A DNA stretch of 64,000 nucleotides from NCBI GenBank assembly GCA_963733765.1, contig CAVTEI010000003.1:1867336-1931335 (forward strand). Direction: 5' to 3'. A program made the translations under genes and the position numbers. Below the pieces are notes generated by a model, which was given only the letters and a program-made list of their open reading frames with translations, did no database searches and was not told the origin of the DNA. The DNA comes from an uncultured Acidimicrobiales bacterium. Lineage in GTDB: Bacteria > Actinomycetota > Acidimicrobiia > Acidimicrobiales > DATKAS01. The stretch's first letter is position 1. Each line of letters starts with the position of its first letter. Shown piece after piece: positions 46,952 through 56,587 of the stretch.

Positions 46952-49876
46952 TCAAGCGCTGGATGTATGGCATCACCGGTGGCGCCGCGATCTACCCGCT
47001 GCTGATCCTGTTCGGCCTGAACGCGGTCGACGAGCTCGACCGCACCGCGTTCGCGGTGCTGCTGCCCAACATCCGCGACGAGTTCGGCCTCGACCTCACC
47101 GGTCTGCTCGCGCTGATCGCGGCTGTCAGCTTCGTCGCCCTCGTCCTCCAGATCCCGATCGCGTCGTACTCCGACCGTCACAACCGGGTGCGCATCACCT
47201 GGATCGGCGCGCTCGCGTGGGCGTTCTTCTCGCTGCTCACCGGGTTGGCGTGGTCGATCATCGTGCTCGGCATCGCCCGGGCCGGCTCCGGCATCGGCAA
47301 GGCCGTCGTCGACCCGACGCACAACTCGCTGATCGCCGACTGGTACGACATCCCGAGCCGGCCGCGGGTGTACTCGTTCCACCGGGCCGCGAACGCGGTC
47401 GGCGCGATCATCGGCCCGCTCGTCGCCGGACTGCTCGCGGCCGCGTACGGATGGCGCTGGCCGTTCATCGTCTTCACGATCCCCACGCTCGTGTTCGTCG
47501 TCCTGGCCTGGCGGCTGCATGAGCCCAAGCGCGGGGTCTTCGAGCGGCGAGCGGCGGGTGCATCCGAGGAGGCCGCGCAGACCGAGGAAGCGCGGCCGAG
47601 CTTCGCCGAATCGTGGCGGATCGTGTGGAAGGTCGAGACCTTGCGCCGCATCTGGTACGCGCTGCCGTTCCTCGCGGTGTCGCTGATCGGCTTCTCGGTG
47701 CTCGCGTCGCTGCTGTACGAGGAGGTCTACGGCCTCGACGAGCGGGCCCGCGGCATCATCGCCGCGTGCGTCGAACCGGCGCAGCTCCTCGGGCTCATCC
47801 TCGGCGCCCGAATCGCCACCCGCCTGATGGTTCGAGGGCGCGGCGGAGGTGATCAAGTTCCTCACCTACGTCATCTATGCGGTCGCGGTGGGCTTGGCGG
47901 TCATCGCCGTGGTCCCCAGCCTCGGTGTCACCATTGCCGTGAACTTCGTGATCACCGGACTCGGCGCCATCCTCGCTCCGGGCATCTTCGCCGCGCTGAG
48001 CCTCGCCATCCCTCCTCGTGCCCGTTCGTTGGGGTTCTCGGTGGCGTCGCTCTGGATCATCCCGGGCCTGCTGGTTCTGCCGATCATCGGCGCGATCGGC
48101 GACAGGTGGGGGCTGCGTACCGGCATGTTGCTCATGACGCCGTTGTTCCTCGTCGGCGGGCTCGTACTGGCGACCACCAGGCGGACGATCAACGGCGACA
48201 TCGCCGACGTCTGGCGGGCGACGGCGGCGCGGTCTGAGGTCGCCTACGAGCGCGCGCAGGGCCGCGCCAAGCTCCTGCTGGTCCGTGGTCTGGAGGTGCG
48301 CTACGGCAGCGTGCAGGTGCTGTTCGACGTGAACATGGAAATCGAGGAGGGCAGCTGCGTCGCGCTGCTCGGCACGAACGGTGCCGGCAAGTCCACGCTC
48401 CTCAAGGCGATCTCCGGCATCGTCGAGGCGGACCGCGGCGCGGTGATCTTCGACGGTCGGGAGATGACCCACGCGCCGCCGAACGAGATCGCCGCGTTCG
48501 GCATCCGGCAGGTGCCGGGCGGCCAAGGCGTGTTCCTGAACCTCACCGTCGAGGAGAACCTGCAGACGGCCTCGTGGCTCCACCGCCGCGACAAGGCGGC
48601 GACGGATGAAGGCATCGCAGCGCGTCATGGAGCTGTTCCCGGTCCTCGCCGAACGGCGTTCGGATCCGGCCGGCAACCTGTCGGGCGGACAGCAGCAGAT
48701 GCTGGCGCTCGGCATGGCGTTCCTCTCCAAGCCGAGACTGCTCATGATCGACGAGCTGTCACTCGGGCTCGCACCGGTCGTCGTCGCGCAGCTGCTTCCG
48801 CTGATCGATCACCTGCGTGAAGAGGGCACGACGATCATCCTCGTCGAGCAGTCCGTGAACCTCGCACTCGCCGTGGCCGACACCGCCTACTTCATGGAGC
48901 GGGGGCAGATCCGGTTCCACGGCCCCACCCGCGAGCTGCTCGACCGGCCCGACCTCATGCGTTCGGTGTTCATCGAGGGCGCGTCGGAGCGGCTGCACGA
49001 GAACGGGGACGAGCCCGCCGCCGGCCGAGGCCGGAGAAGTTCGCGGTCACCAAGTACGCCCCCGACGGTCCCGCCTTGCTCGAATCGTGCGGTGTCTCGG
49101 TGGCGTTCGGTGGCAACCGCGCCGTCGACGACGTGAGCTTCGATGTTCACACGGGCGAGGTGCTCGGCATCATCGGCCCGAACGGTGCCGGCAAGACGAC
49201 GCTCTTCGACCTGCTGTCCGGCTACCTGAAGCTGGACTCCGGCGCGATCCATCTGAACGGTCGCGACATCACCTCGATGGGGCCCGCGTCGCGCGCCGAG
49301 CACGGCCTCGGCCGCTCGTTCCAGGATGCCGCCCTGTTCTCGTCGCTCACGGTGGAGCAAACGATCGCGGTGGCATGCGAGCGCTGGATCAAGGTGCGCG
49401 ACCCTGTGTCCGCCGCCCTCCACCTCCCCAACGCCTACGACTCCGAGCGCCAGACCATGGCGCGCGTCCACGAGCTGGTCGATCTGCTCGGCCTCGGGCG
49501 TGCACCGCACGAAGTTCACCCGCGAGCTGTCGACGGGCACGAAGCGCGTCGTCGGTCTCGCCTGCCTGCTCGCGCACCGTCCGTCGGTGATCCTGCTCGA
49601 CGAGCCGTCGAGCGGCATCGCGCAGAAGGAAGTCGAGGCGCTCGTCCCCGTCCTGTTGCGCATCCGCGACGAGACCGGCGCCAGCCTCGTCGTCATCGAG
49701 CACGACATGCCGCTGCTGCGCTCGGTCGCCGACCGGATGATCGCCATGGACCAGGGCGCGGTGATCGCCGAGTGGCCACCCGCCGAAGTGTTGGCGCGCC
49801 GGAGGTCGTCGAGTCGTACCTCGGCACGACCGCCGACGCCATCGAACGTTCGGGAGCCTTCGGCCCTCGCAACTGA
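46948..49876 (+). pseudogene. MFS-like 12-TM domain fused to LivF-like and LivG-like ABC ATPase domains, at least 5 frame breaks as sequenced
   Basis: MFS N-half with motif-A-like SYSDRHNRVRI. The MFS C-half and NBD1 (LLGTNGAGKSTL) share one uninterrupted ORF (47849..48820). NBD1 continues LSGGQQQMLALG/LLMIDELSLGLAP. NBD2 has IIGPNGAGKTT, LSTGTKRVV, ILLDEPSSGIA, EVVESYLG. The breaks are near 47828, 48619, 49028, 49500 and 49795. Confidence 0.75.
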
Positions 49877-49912
49877 CCCCCACTGCCCATCCCAGACGAG
49901 AAAGGCAACCTC

Positions 49913-51670
49913 ATGCAACCGAGCAGCGCCGATACCCCGAGCAAGTCCGGCAGCCCGATGCGCCGCTACGGACCGCTCATCGCGATCGTCGCGGTGATCG
50001 CCGTGGTCGCAGGCATCTTGATCTTCGCCAGCGGTGGGGACGACGACGACGACAGCGCCGCTGCGACAACCGCGGCGGTCGGCGCGGGCACGACCGCGGC
50101 TGCAGGCGCAGGGACGAGCGCCGCCGCCGGCACGCGACCGGAGGGCGCCATCACGTTCGCTCAAGCGCAGGAGCAGGGCCTCGATCTCACGTTCGGAGAC
50201 TCATGCGATCCCGAGACGGGACGGCTCATGATCCCGGACTACTTCGCGCCCGAGTGCTACGCGGACGCCGACGACAACGGCGGCGCGACCGCGCCGGGCG
50301 TCACGGCCGACACCATCACCGTCGTCGCCTATGTCGCTCCCGACAGCGACCCGGTGCTCGACTTCATCACCGCGGCGATCAGCAACGACGACACCGCCGC
50401 CCAGGTCGCCGAGACCTACCAGAACTACACCACCATGATGAACGACCTCTACCAGACCTATGGGCGCCAGGTGGAGCTCAAGATCCTCAACGGCTCGGGC
50501 ACGTCGGAGAACGGTGTCGCCGCGCGCGCCGACGCCGTGAAGGCCGTGGAGGAGATGGGTGCGTTCGCGGTCTGGGGCGGCCCGGCGCTCGCGCCGTCGT
50601 GGACAGAGGAGATCAAGGCCCGCGGCGTCATCTGCCTCGGCTGCCCGGCCATCGCCGACCCCGAGCCCTACGTCTTCCCGATCACCGCGAGCGGCGACCA
50701 GACGCGGCTCCAGCTCGCCGAGTGGATCACGAAGAAGCTGAAGGACGGCAACGCGGAGCACGCCGGCGATCCGGCGCTCACCTCGCAGCCGCGGGTGTTC
50801 GGTCACATCTACCTCGAGACTGTGGGCGGTCCCCAGCCGCAAGAGGCGGCGGACTTCAAGGCGACGCTCTCCGAAGGCGGCGTCGAGCTGGCCGAGCAGA
50901 TCTCGTACGCGCTCGACCCGGCGACGCTGCAGGAGCAGGGCGCGGGCATCATCCAGCGCCTGAAGGCGGCCGGCGTCACGACGATCATCTTCAACGGTGA
51001 CCCCATCGCCCCGAAGATCTTCACCGAGGAGGCGACCAAGCAGAACTACTTCCCCGAATGGCTCTACGGCGGCTCCGTGCTCGTCGACACGAACGCGTTC
51101 GGCCGCACCTTCGACCAGCAGCAGTGGGCCCACGCGTTCGGCATCACCTCGCTGTCGACTCGGGTCTCGCCCGAAATCGTCGCCGAGCACGACCTGCACA
51201 CCTGGTACTTCGGCGGCCTGGCGCCGGCCGACGACAGCTACGGCGTCATCTACCCGCAGCCAGCGTTGTTCTTCGCCGGGTTGCAGGCAGCCGGGCCGAA
51301 CCTCACCGCGGAGACCTTCCGCGACGGGCTGTTCGGATTCACCGCGGAGCTGCCGGAACCCGCGCTCACCCAGCCGCTCATCACCTACGGCGACCACGGG
51401 CTCTGGCCCGAGGCGCCCGACTACTTCGGCATCGACGACTTCACCGAGATCTGGTGGGATCCCACCGCGACCGGGGAGGACGAGATCCGTCGCGAGGGCA
51501 ACGGCATGATGCGCTTCGTCGACCAGGGCAAGCGCTACCGGCTCGGCGAGTGGACGAGCGAGCTCAAGGCGTTCGATCCGGAGAACGCGCCGGCGACGTT
51601 CGACGAGCTCCCCGCATCCGAGGCGCCTCCGTTGTATCCGCCGCCTCCGGGGTCGCCGGCCGCAGGCTGA
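49913..51670 (+). CDS. Large ABC transporter substrate-binding protein (type I PBP-like) with N-terminal membrane anchor and Ala/Thr linker
   Basis: 585 aa, intact, with LIAIVAVIAVVAGILIFASGGDDDDDSAAATTAA... It lies directly downstream of the atypical ABC genes. The family assignment rests on context and general composition. Confidence 0.6.
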   Translation: MQPSSADTPSKSGSPMRRYGPLIAIVAVIAVVAGILIFASGGDDDDDSAAATTAAVGAGTTAAAGAGTSAAAGTRPEGAITFAQAQEQGLDLTFGDSCDPETGRLMIPDYFAPECYADADDNGGATAPGVTADTITVVAYVAPDSDPVLDFITAAISNDDTAAQVAETYQNYTTMMNDLYQTYGRQVELKILNGSGTSENGVAARADAVKAVEEMGAFAVWGGPALAPSWTEEIKARGVICLGCPAIADPEPYVFPITASGDQTRLQLAEWITKKLKDGNAEHAGDPALTSQPRVFGHIYLETVGGPQPQEAADFKATLSEGGVELAEQISYALDPATLQEQGAGIIQRLKAAGVTTIIFNGDPIAPKIFTEEATKQNYFPEWLYGGSVLVDTNAFGRTFDQQQWAHAFGITSLSTRVSPEIVAEHDLHTWYFGGLAPADDSYGVIYPQPALFFAGLQAAGPNLTAETFRDGLFGFTAELPEPALTQPLITYGDHGLWPEAPDYFGIDDFTEIWWDPTATGEDEIRREGNGMMRFVDQGKRYRLGEWTSELKAFDPENAPATFDELPASEAPPLYPPPPGSPAAG

Positions 51671-51671
51671 G

Positions 51672-52178
51672 CTACCAAACCCAGCGCGTCGCTCGCTGCG
51701 CGAAGTCCTCTTCGCGTTCGATGACGGCGAAGGCGCGCTGGGGCACGATCTCCCACACCGCGTTCGACTTCACGAACGCGGCCAACTCGGCCTGCTTGTC
51801 GGGGTCGGGCTCGTACTTCGTCGCATACTGACCGGCCATCGGGTCGATCAGGTCGGCGGCCAGGATGCGAGCCCGACCCTCGACCGAGATGCACTCGACG
51901 GTGTCGTCGACCGTGAACGCGACTTGCGGGTTCGCCTGCATGTTGCGGGCCTTTCGCGAGGTCGGCGCGCACGAGAACGCGAACGATGACGAGTCGGGGA
52001 GCCACACTCCCCAGACCGGCAACGCGTGGGGGCGCCCCTTCGCCGATGCCGTGACGACCCAGTAGTTGCGGTTGCGCAGCAGTCGCTCCTCCGCCCACGA
52101 CCACGGCAGCAAGCCGTCGGGCTCGTCGGGCACGCCGTAGTCCTTCATCGCCGGCCGCTCGGCGCGGGGCTCAGCCAC
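51672..52178 (-). CDS. Pyridoxamine 5'-phosphate oxidase-family protein
   Basis: 168 aa with RNRNYWVVTASAKGRPHALPVWGVW...NPQVAFTVDD. Confidence 0.65.
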   Translation of the reverse strand: MAEPRAERPAMKDYGVPDEPDGLLPWSWAEERLLRNRNYWVVTASAKGRPHALPVWGVWLPDSSSFAFSCAPTSRKARNMQANPQVAFTVDDTVECISVEGRARILAADLIDPMAGQYATKYEPDPDKQAELAAFVKSNAVWEIVPQRAFAVIEREEDFAQRATRWVW

Positions 52179-52902
52179 CGTGAGGCTCCTTTCGTCGATT
52201 CGTGACCCGAATGAGCTCGTCGAACAGTCGTTGCTGTTGGGGATCGTCAGCGGCGGTGTCCTCGGGGTGCCACTGGACCGCGACGACCCATGTCGCGTCC
52301 TCTACCTCCACTGCCTCGATCGTGCCGTCGTCGGCCCAGCCGGTCTCGACGAGGCCCGGCGCGAGACCGCTGATCGCCTGATGGTGGAACGACGAGCACA
52401 GCGGCCGCTCGGTGCCCATCGCCTTCGCGGCGCGGGAGGACGGAGCGAGGTCGACCTCGTGCAGGACCCCGTCACGGTGCTCTTCGGTCCCGTCACGATC
52501 GGGAAGGTGTTGGATCAGCGTGCCGCCGAGTGCCACGTTGAGCACCTGCAGCCCGCGGCAGATCGCGAGCGTCGGGATGTCGTTGCGCACCGCAGCACGC
52601 GCGAGCGCGAGGTCGAACGCATCGACGTCGGCGTTCACCCCCGCCACCGCCTCGTGCTGGTCCTCGCCGTACTCCGCCGGGTCGACGTCGCCTCCGCCGA
52701 TGAGCACGAGCGCGTCGAAGCGGCTGAGGAGCTCGTCGGCCTCGGCATCGGTGAGCGGCACCGCGAGCAACGCCGCCTCTTGACCGCCCGCGCGCCGGAT
52801 CGCATCGAGGTACCGACGCGAACACGACAGCACGTCCGCGCGCGCTCCCTTCAGGTTGTCCCGGCTGACGAGCCGGGTGCTCACCGCGACGAAGGGGCGC
52901 AC
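52171..52902 (-). CDS. Gamma-glutamyl-gamma-aminobutyrate hydrolase-like class I glutamine amidotransferase (peptidase C26, PuuD family)
   Basis: 243 aa with LVLIGGGDVDP, PTLAICRGLQVLNVALGGTL, VQWHPE. Confidence 0.8.
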   Translation of the reverse strand: MRPFVAVSTRLVSRDNLKGARADVLSCSRRYLDAIRRAGGQEAALLAVPLTDAEADELLSRFDALVLIGGGDVDPAEYGEDQHEAVAGVNADVDAFDLALARAAVRNDIPTLAICRGLQVLNVALGGTLIQHLPDRDGTEEHRDGVLHEVDLAPSSRAAKAMGTERPLCSSFHHQAISGLAPGLVETGWADDGTIEAVEVEDATWVVAVQWHPEDTAADDPQQQRLFDELIRVTNRRKEPHGG

Positions 52903-53032
52903 GGTTCCTGTTTACCCGCTCCCGCTACTGGCGCTCGACGCCTCGTCGTCGCGGCGGGCCGGCCCCGAGATAGGTACGGGCGGATTGCGGCAGACTCCTG
53001 GGCAGCCATTCACATCAACCTGGGGGAAGTCG

Positions 53033-54600
53033 ATGAGTGGATTCGGACGACGGGCGTTCCTTCGAGGGCGCAGTGGCGACGACGGGCGGTGTGCTCGTCA
53101 GCGGGCCGCTGCAGGCGTCTGCTCGCCGACGCGGTGTCGGCGAAACCGGACGGGCCGCTCGGCCCGGTCGCCGACCTGCGCGACGGAATCGTGCGGCTGC
53201 ACCTCCGGCCCGGGTTCCAGTACCGGTCGTTCCACGACACCGACACGCTGTGGGACCCCGCCCCGGCCGTACCGCCCGCACCGCCACCGGCGCTGCAGCC
53301 GCCACAGCCTGCCCTCGTGCTCCGCGACGGGACGTGCTTGCCGGGTCGGCACGACGGCATGGCGGCGTTCCCCGGGCCGAACGGCAACGTCTGGCTGGTC
53401 CGGAACCACGAGATCAACGGACCGGTTGCTGCCGCCTTCGGGCCAAGTGCTCCAGGTCCGGCAGACGCGCCCTACGACTCGCGCGCCGGCGGCGGGACGA
53501 CGTCGATCCTTGTGACGCCGCGCGGCGAGGTGCTCGACGCGTTCACGAGCCTGAACGGCACGCAGATGAACTGCTCCGGCGGGCCGATGCCGTGGGGCAG
53601 CTGGATCACCTGCGAGGAGACGGTCAACGGTCCGGATGTCGGGCCCGACTTCACGAATGCGTCCAACATCCCGCTCACGCAGCCCCACGGCTTCATCTTC
53701 GAGGTACCTGCGGGCGGCAAGTCGAACCGCGTGCCGATCACGTCAGCCGGGCGCTTCGCGCACGAAGCGGCGGCGTACAGCCCGGACGAGGGGATCGTTT
53801 ACCTGACGGAGGACAACTTCGAGTTCCCGTCGGGCTTCTTCCGTTACATCCCGCCGGCGAACCCGATGGTCGCCGGGCACCTCGCGAACGGTGGCGAGCT
53901 GCAGATGTTGCGCGTCGTCGGCACCGCGCAGGCGCACCTCGAAGCGAATCAGCAGATCGGCGCGAGCTACGCCGTCGACTGGGTGACGATCGACGACCCG
54001 AACCCGACCTTCGAGTTCACGCCCGGCGAAACCGCGCCGACGACGAACGACGCCGCCCTCCAGTACGTGGGGAACCAGGGCCGGGCGCAGGGGGCCGCTC
54101 ACTTCTCCCGCCTCGAGGGAGCCGTCTACACGCGGGGCGAGATCTACTTCACCTCGACGCAGGGCGGCGGACTGGCCGAGACCGGGCCCGAAAACGTGAC
54201 CGGATACGGCAACGGCACCGGCCAGGTGTGGTCCTACGACCCGCGTTCGTCGACCTTGACGTGCCGGTACCAGGCGCCGAACGCCGCGGCGTTGGAGCTG
54301 CCGGACAACATCACGGCCCGCAACGACCGCGGGACGATCGTCCTCTGCGAGGACGGTCCGGTCGAGAACTACATCCGCGGCCTGACTCGCGATGCGACGA
54401 TCTTCGACATCGCCCTGAACCAGCTGCGGCGCAACAACCCGAACACCGTCAACGGCCAGGTCGTCCACCTGGCCCGATTCGGCGAGGAGTTCGCCGGCGC
54501 GACCTTCAGCCCCGACGGCGGGACGTTGTTCGTCAACATCCAGGCCGCGCAGGCCGTCACGTTCGCCATCTGGGGACCCTGGGGCCGAATCGGGGTCTGA
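53033..54600 (+). pseudogene. PhoX-like / DUF839 secreted protein with Tat signal, two frame breaks in the signal region
   Basis: ATG 53033, then MSGFGRRAFLRG / AVATTGGVLVSGPLQA / LLADAVSAKPDG... in three successive frames (extra nt near 53069 and 53118). The body is intact: GRHDGMAAFPG...GGGTTS...NCSGGPMPWGSWITCEE...FSPDGGTLFVNIQ. Confidence 0.8.
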
Positions 54601-54644
54601 CCAGCGACACCACCGATGCGGCCGATGAGCACGAGCGCGTCTCG

Positions 54645-56024
54645 CTACTGACGCTCGAAGCCTCGTCGCCGCTCCCAGTCGGTGACGTGGTTGTTGAACG
54701 CGTTCCATTCCTGGCGGGCGGTGTTCAGCAAGTGACGATGGACATCGTCGCCGAAGGACTTGCAGGCGATCTCCGAACGGTCGAAGAGCTCGATCGCCTC
54801 CACGAGGGTGTGCGGGACGCGGGCCAGGTCGACGGCCGTGTAGCCGTTGCCGACGAAGGGGTCGCCCGGCTCGATGCGGTGCTCGACGCCGTGCAGGCCG
54901 CACGCGATCGTCGCCGCGAAGGCGTAGTAGGGGTTCGCGTCCGCACCCGGGATCCGGCACTCGACCCGTCGGTTCCCGCCGTGTCCGACGACGCGGAAGC
55001 CGAGCGTGCGGTTGTCGAGCCCCCACGCCACGGCGGTCGGGGCCCACGAACCAGGCCGGTAGCGCTTGTACGAGTTGACGTACGGCGCGTAGCACCACGC
55101 CATTTCGCGGGCACCCGCCATCAGGCCGCCGAGCCACCACCGTCCCAGGTCGCTCAGCCCGTGCGCGGCGTCGGGGTCCGCGATGAGCGCCTCGTTGCCG
55201 TCGACCGACCACAACGACGAATGGATGTGGCAGGACGATCCGACGCGGTCGATGTCGAACTTCGCCATGAACGAGATCGACTGACCGTGGGCCGCGGCGA
55301 TCTCCTTCGCCCCGTTCTTGTAGATCACATGCCGGTCGGCCATCGTGAGCGCTTCGGCGTAGCGCAAGTTGATCTCGTGCTGCCCGGCTTCGGCTTCACC
55401 CTTCGAGAACTCGACCGGGATCCCGGCTCCGTCGAGTCCGTTGCGGATCGCGCGGATGAGGTACTCGTCCTTCGTCGTCTGGAGGATGTGATAGTCGAGG
55501 ATGTAGTCGTTCTGCGGTGTGAGACCGGTGTAGCCCTTCGCCGCTGCCTCCTCGTAGCTCTCGTGGAACACGAAGAACTCGAGCTCCGAGGCCGTCATCA
55601 CCTCCAGACCCGCGGCGCGGGCCCTCTCGATCTGGCGCCGCAGGATCTGGCGCGGAGAGACCTCGATGGGTTCGCCGCCGTCGACGTCGAACAGGTCGCA
55701 CATGACGAGCGCGGTCCGGTCGATCCACGGCACGATGCGGAGCGTTGCCATGTCGGGCCGGCACGCGAAGTCGCCGTAGCCCTTGTCCCAGTTGGCGAAT
55801 TGGTAGCCGGGGAGGACCGTCATGTCGACATCGACGGCAAGGAGGTAGTTGCAGCACTCGATGCCGCCGTCGTCGACCGCGACCTCGTCGACGAAATAGT
55901 GGCCCGTCACGCGCTTGCCCATGAGCCGGCCCTGCTGGTCGGGGAAGACGACGAGGACCGTGTCGACGTCGCCCGAGACGACCAGCTGACGCAGGGCCGC
56001 GAGGTCGAGCATTCCCCGGAGCAT
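54645..56024 (-). CDS. Glutamine synthetase-family protein (type I-like; gamma-glutamyl-amine synthetase candidate, GlnA3/4 or PuuA type)
   Basis: 459 aa with ELEFFVF...FSKGEAEAGQHEINLRY...GSSCHIHSSLW...NSYKR...ECRIPGADANPY. Confidence 0.85.
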   Translation of the reverse strand: MLRGMLDLAALRQLVVSGDVDTVLVVFPDQQGRLMGKRVTGHYFVDEVAVDDGGIECCNYLLAVDVDMTVLPGYQFANWDKGYGDFACRPDMATLRIVPWIDRTALVMCDLFDVDGGEPIEVSPRQILRRQIERARAAGLEVMTASELEFFVFHESYEEAAAKGYTGLTPQNDYILDYHILQTTKDEYLIRAIRNGLDGAGIPVEFSKGEAEAGQHEINLRYAEALTMADRHVIYKNGAKEIAAAHGQSISFMAKFDIDRVGSSCHIHSSLWSVDGNEALIADPDAAHGLSDLGRWWLGGLMAGAREMAWCYAPYVNSYKRYRPGSWAPTAVAWGLDNRTLGFRVVGHGGNRRVECRIPGADANPYYAFAATIACGLHGVEHRIEPGDPFVGNGYTAVDLARVPHTLVEAIELFDRSEIACKSFGDDVHRHLLNTARQEWNAFNNHVTDWERRRGFERQ

Positions 56025-56111
56025 CGGCGAAGACTACGAGGACCTGGTCGTGGACGAACGGTCCGGCCGGTGGTGCAAGGATGGGCCTCCCAGCGTGAAG
56101 GAGGACGGCCG

Positions 56112-56558
56112 ATGAACGCCGACGAGGCCAAGGCGCAGGCGGAGAAAGCCTTCGAGAAGGTCAAGGAGATCGTGGAAGTCGCTCTGAAGCGCGGGCAGGA
56201 GATCACCAACGACCTCATCGACAAGGCGAAGGAGTACACCAACAAGTCGAAGGATCAGGCCGGTGACACGGCCGACAAGACGAAGGACATGGCCGCGGAC
56301 GCGACGGACAAAGCGAAGGACATGGCCGCGGATGCGACGGACAAGGCAAAGGACGTCGCGGCTGACGTCACCGACAAAGCGTCGGCTGCTGCCGACGCGG
56401 CAGCGGACAAGGCGTCGGCTGCTGCCGACGCGGCGACGAGCAAAGCAAAGGACATCGCTGTCGACGTGACCGAGAAGGCGTCAGATCTCGCCGACACCGC
56501 AGCAGCCAAAGCGTCGGCCGCTGCCGACGCGGCGACGAGCAAGGCCAAGGAGCTCTGA
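56112..56558 (+). CDS. LEA-like (group 3 type) hydrophilic protein built of 11-residue repeats
   Basis: ATG 56112 with GAAGGAGG upstream. 148 aa containing 8 tandem 11-mers DKAKDMAADAT-like (33-bp DNA periodicity from 56274 to 56537). It has no Cys, Trp or Pro. Confidence 0.65.
   Translation: MNADEAKAQAEKAFEKVKEIVEVALKRGQEITNDLIDKAKEYTNKSKDQAGDTADKTKDMAADATDKAKDMAADATDKAKDVAADVTDKASAAADAAADKASAAADAATSKAKDIAVDVTEKASDLADTAAAKASAAADAATSKAKEL
56274..56558 (+). repeat. Eight and a half tandem 33-bp coding repeats (gacaaRgcgaaggacatggccgcggaYgcgacg and diverged copies)
   Basis: Unit boundaries at 56274, 56307, 56340, 56373, 56406, 56439, 56472, 56505 and 56538, read directly. All are in frame inside the LEA-like CDS. 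Confidence 0.85.
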
Positions 56559-56587
56559 ACGACCTCGCGGCGCCGTCGTCCGCGCTA

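Noticed and set aside
52903-53032. PHO box upstream of the PhoX-like gene
   Set aside because: I looked for tandem 11-nt GTTCACC-type units. Only single weak matches are present (ggttcctgttt, cattcacatca), with no direct-repeat arrangement.
53037-56558. 1173-aa ORF, the longest in the track
   Set aside because: It runs in an alternative frame of the PhoX-like gene and antisense to the glutamine-synthetase-like gene. Its composition is Arg/Gly/Pro/Ala-rich, typical of off-frame translation at ~70% GC. Only its last 148 codons (from ATG 56112) form a credible gene, the LEA-like protein.
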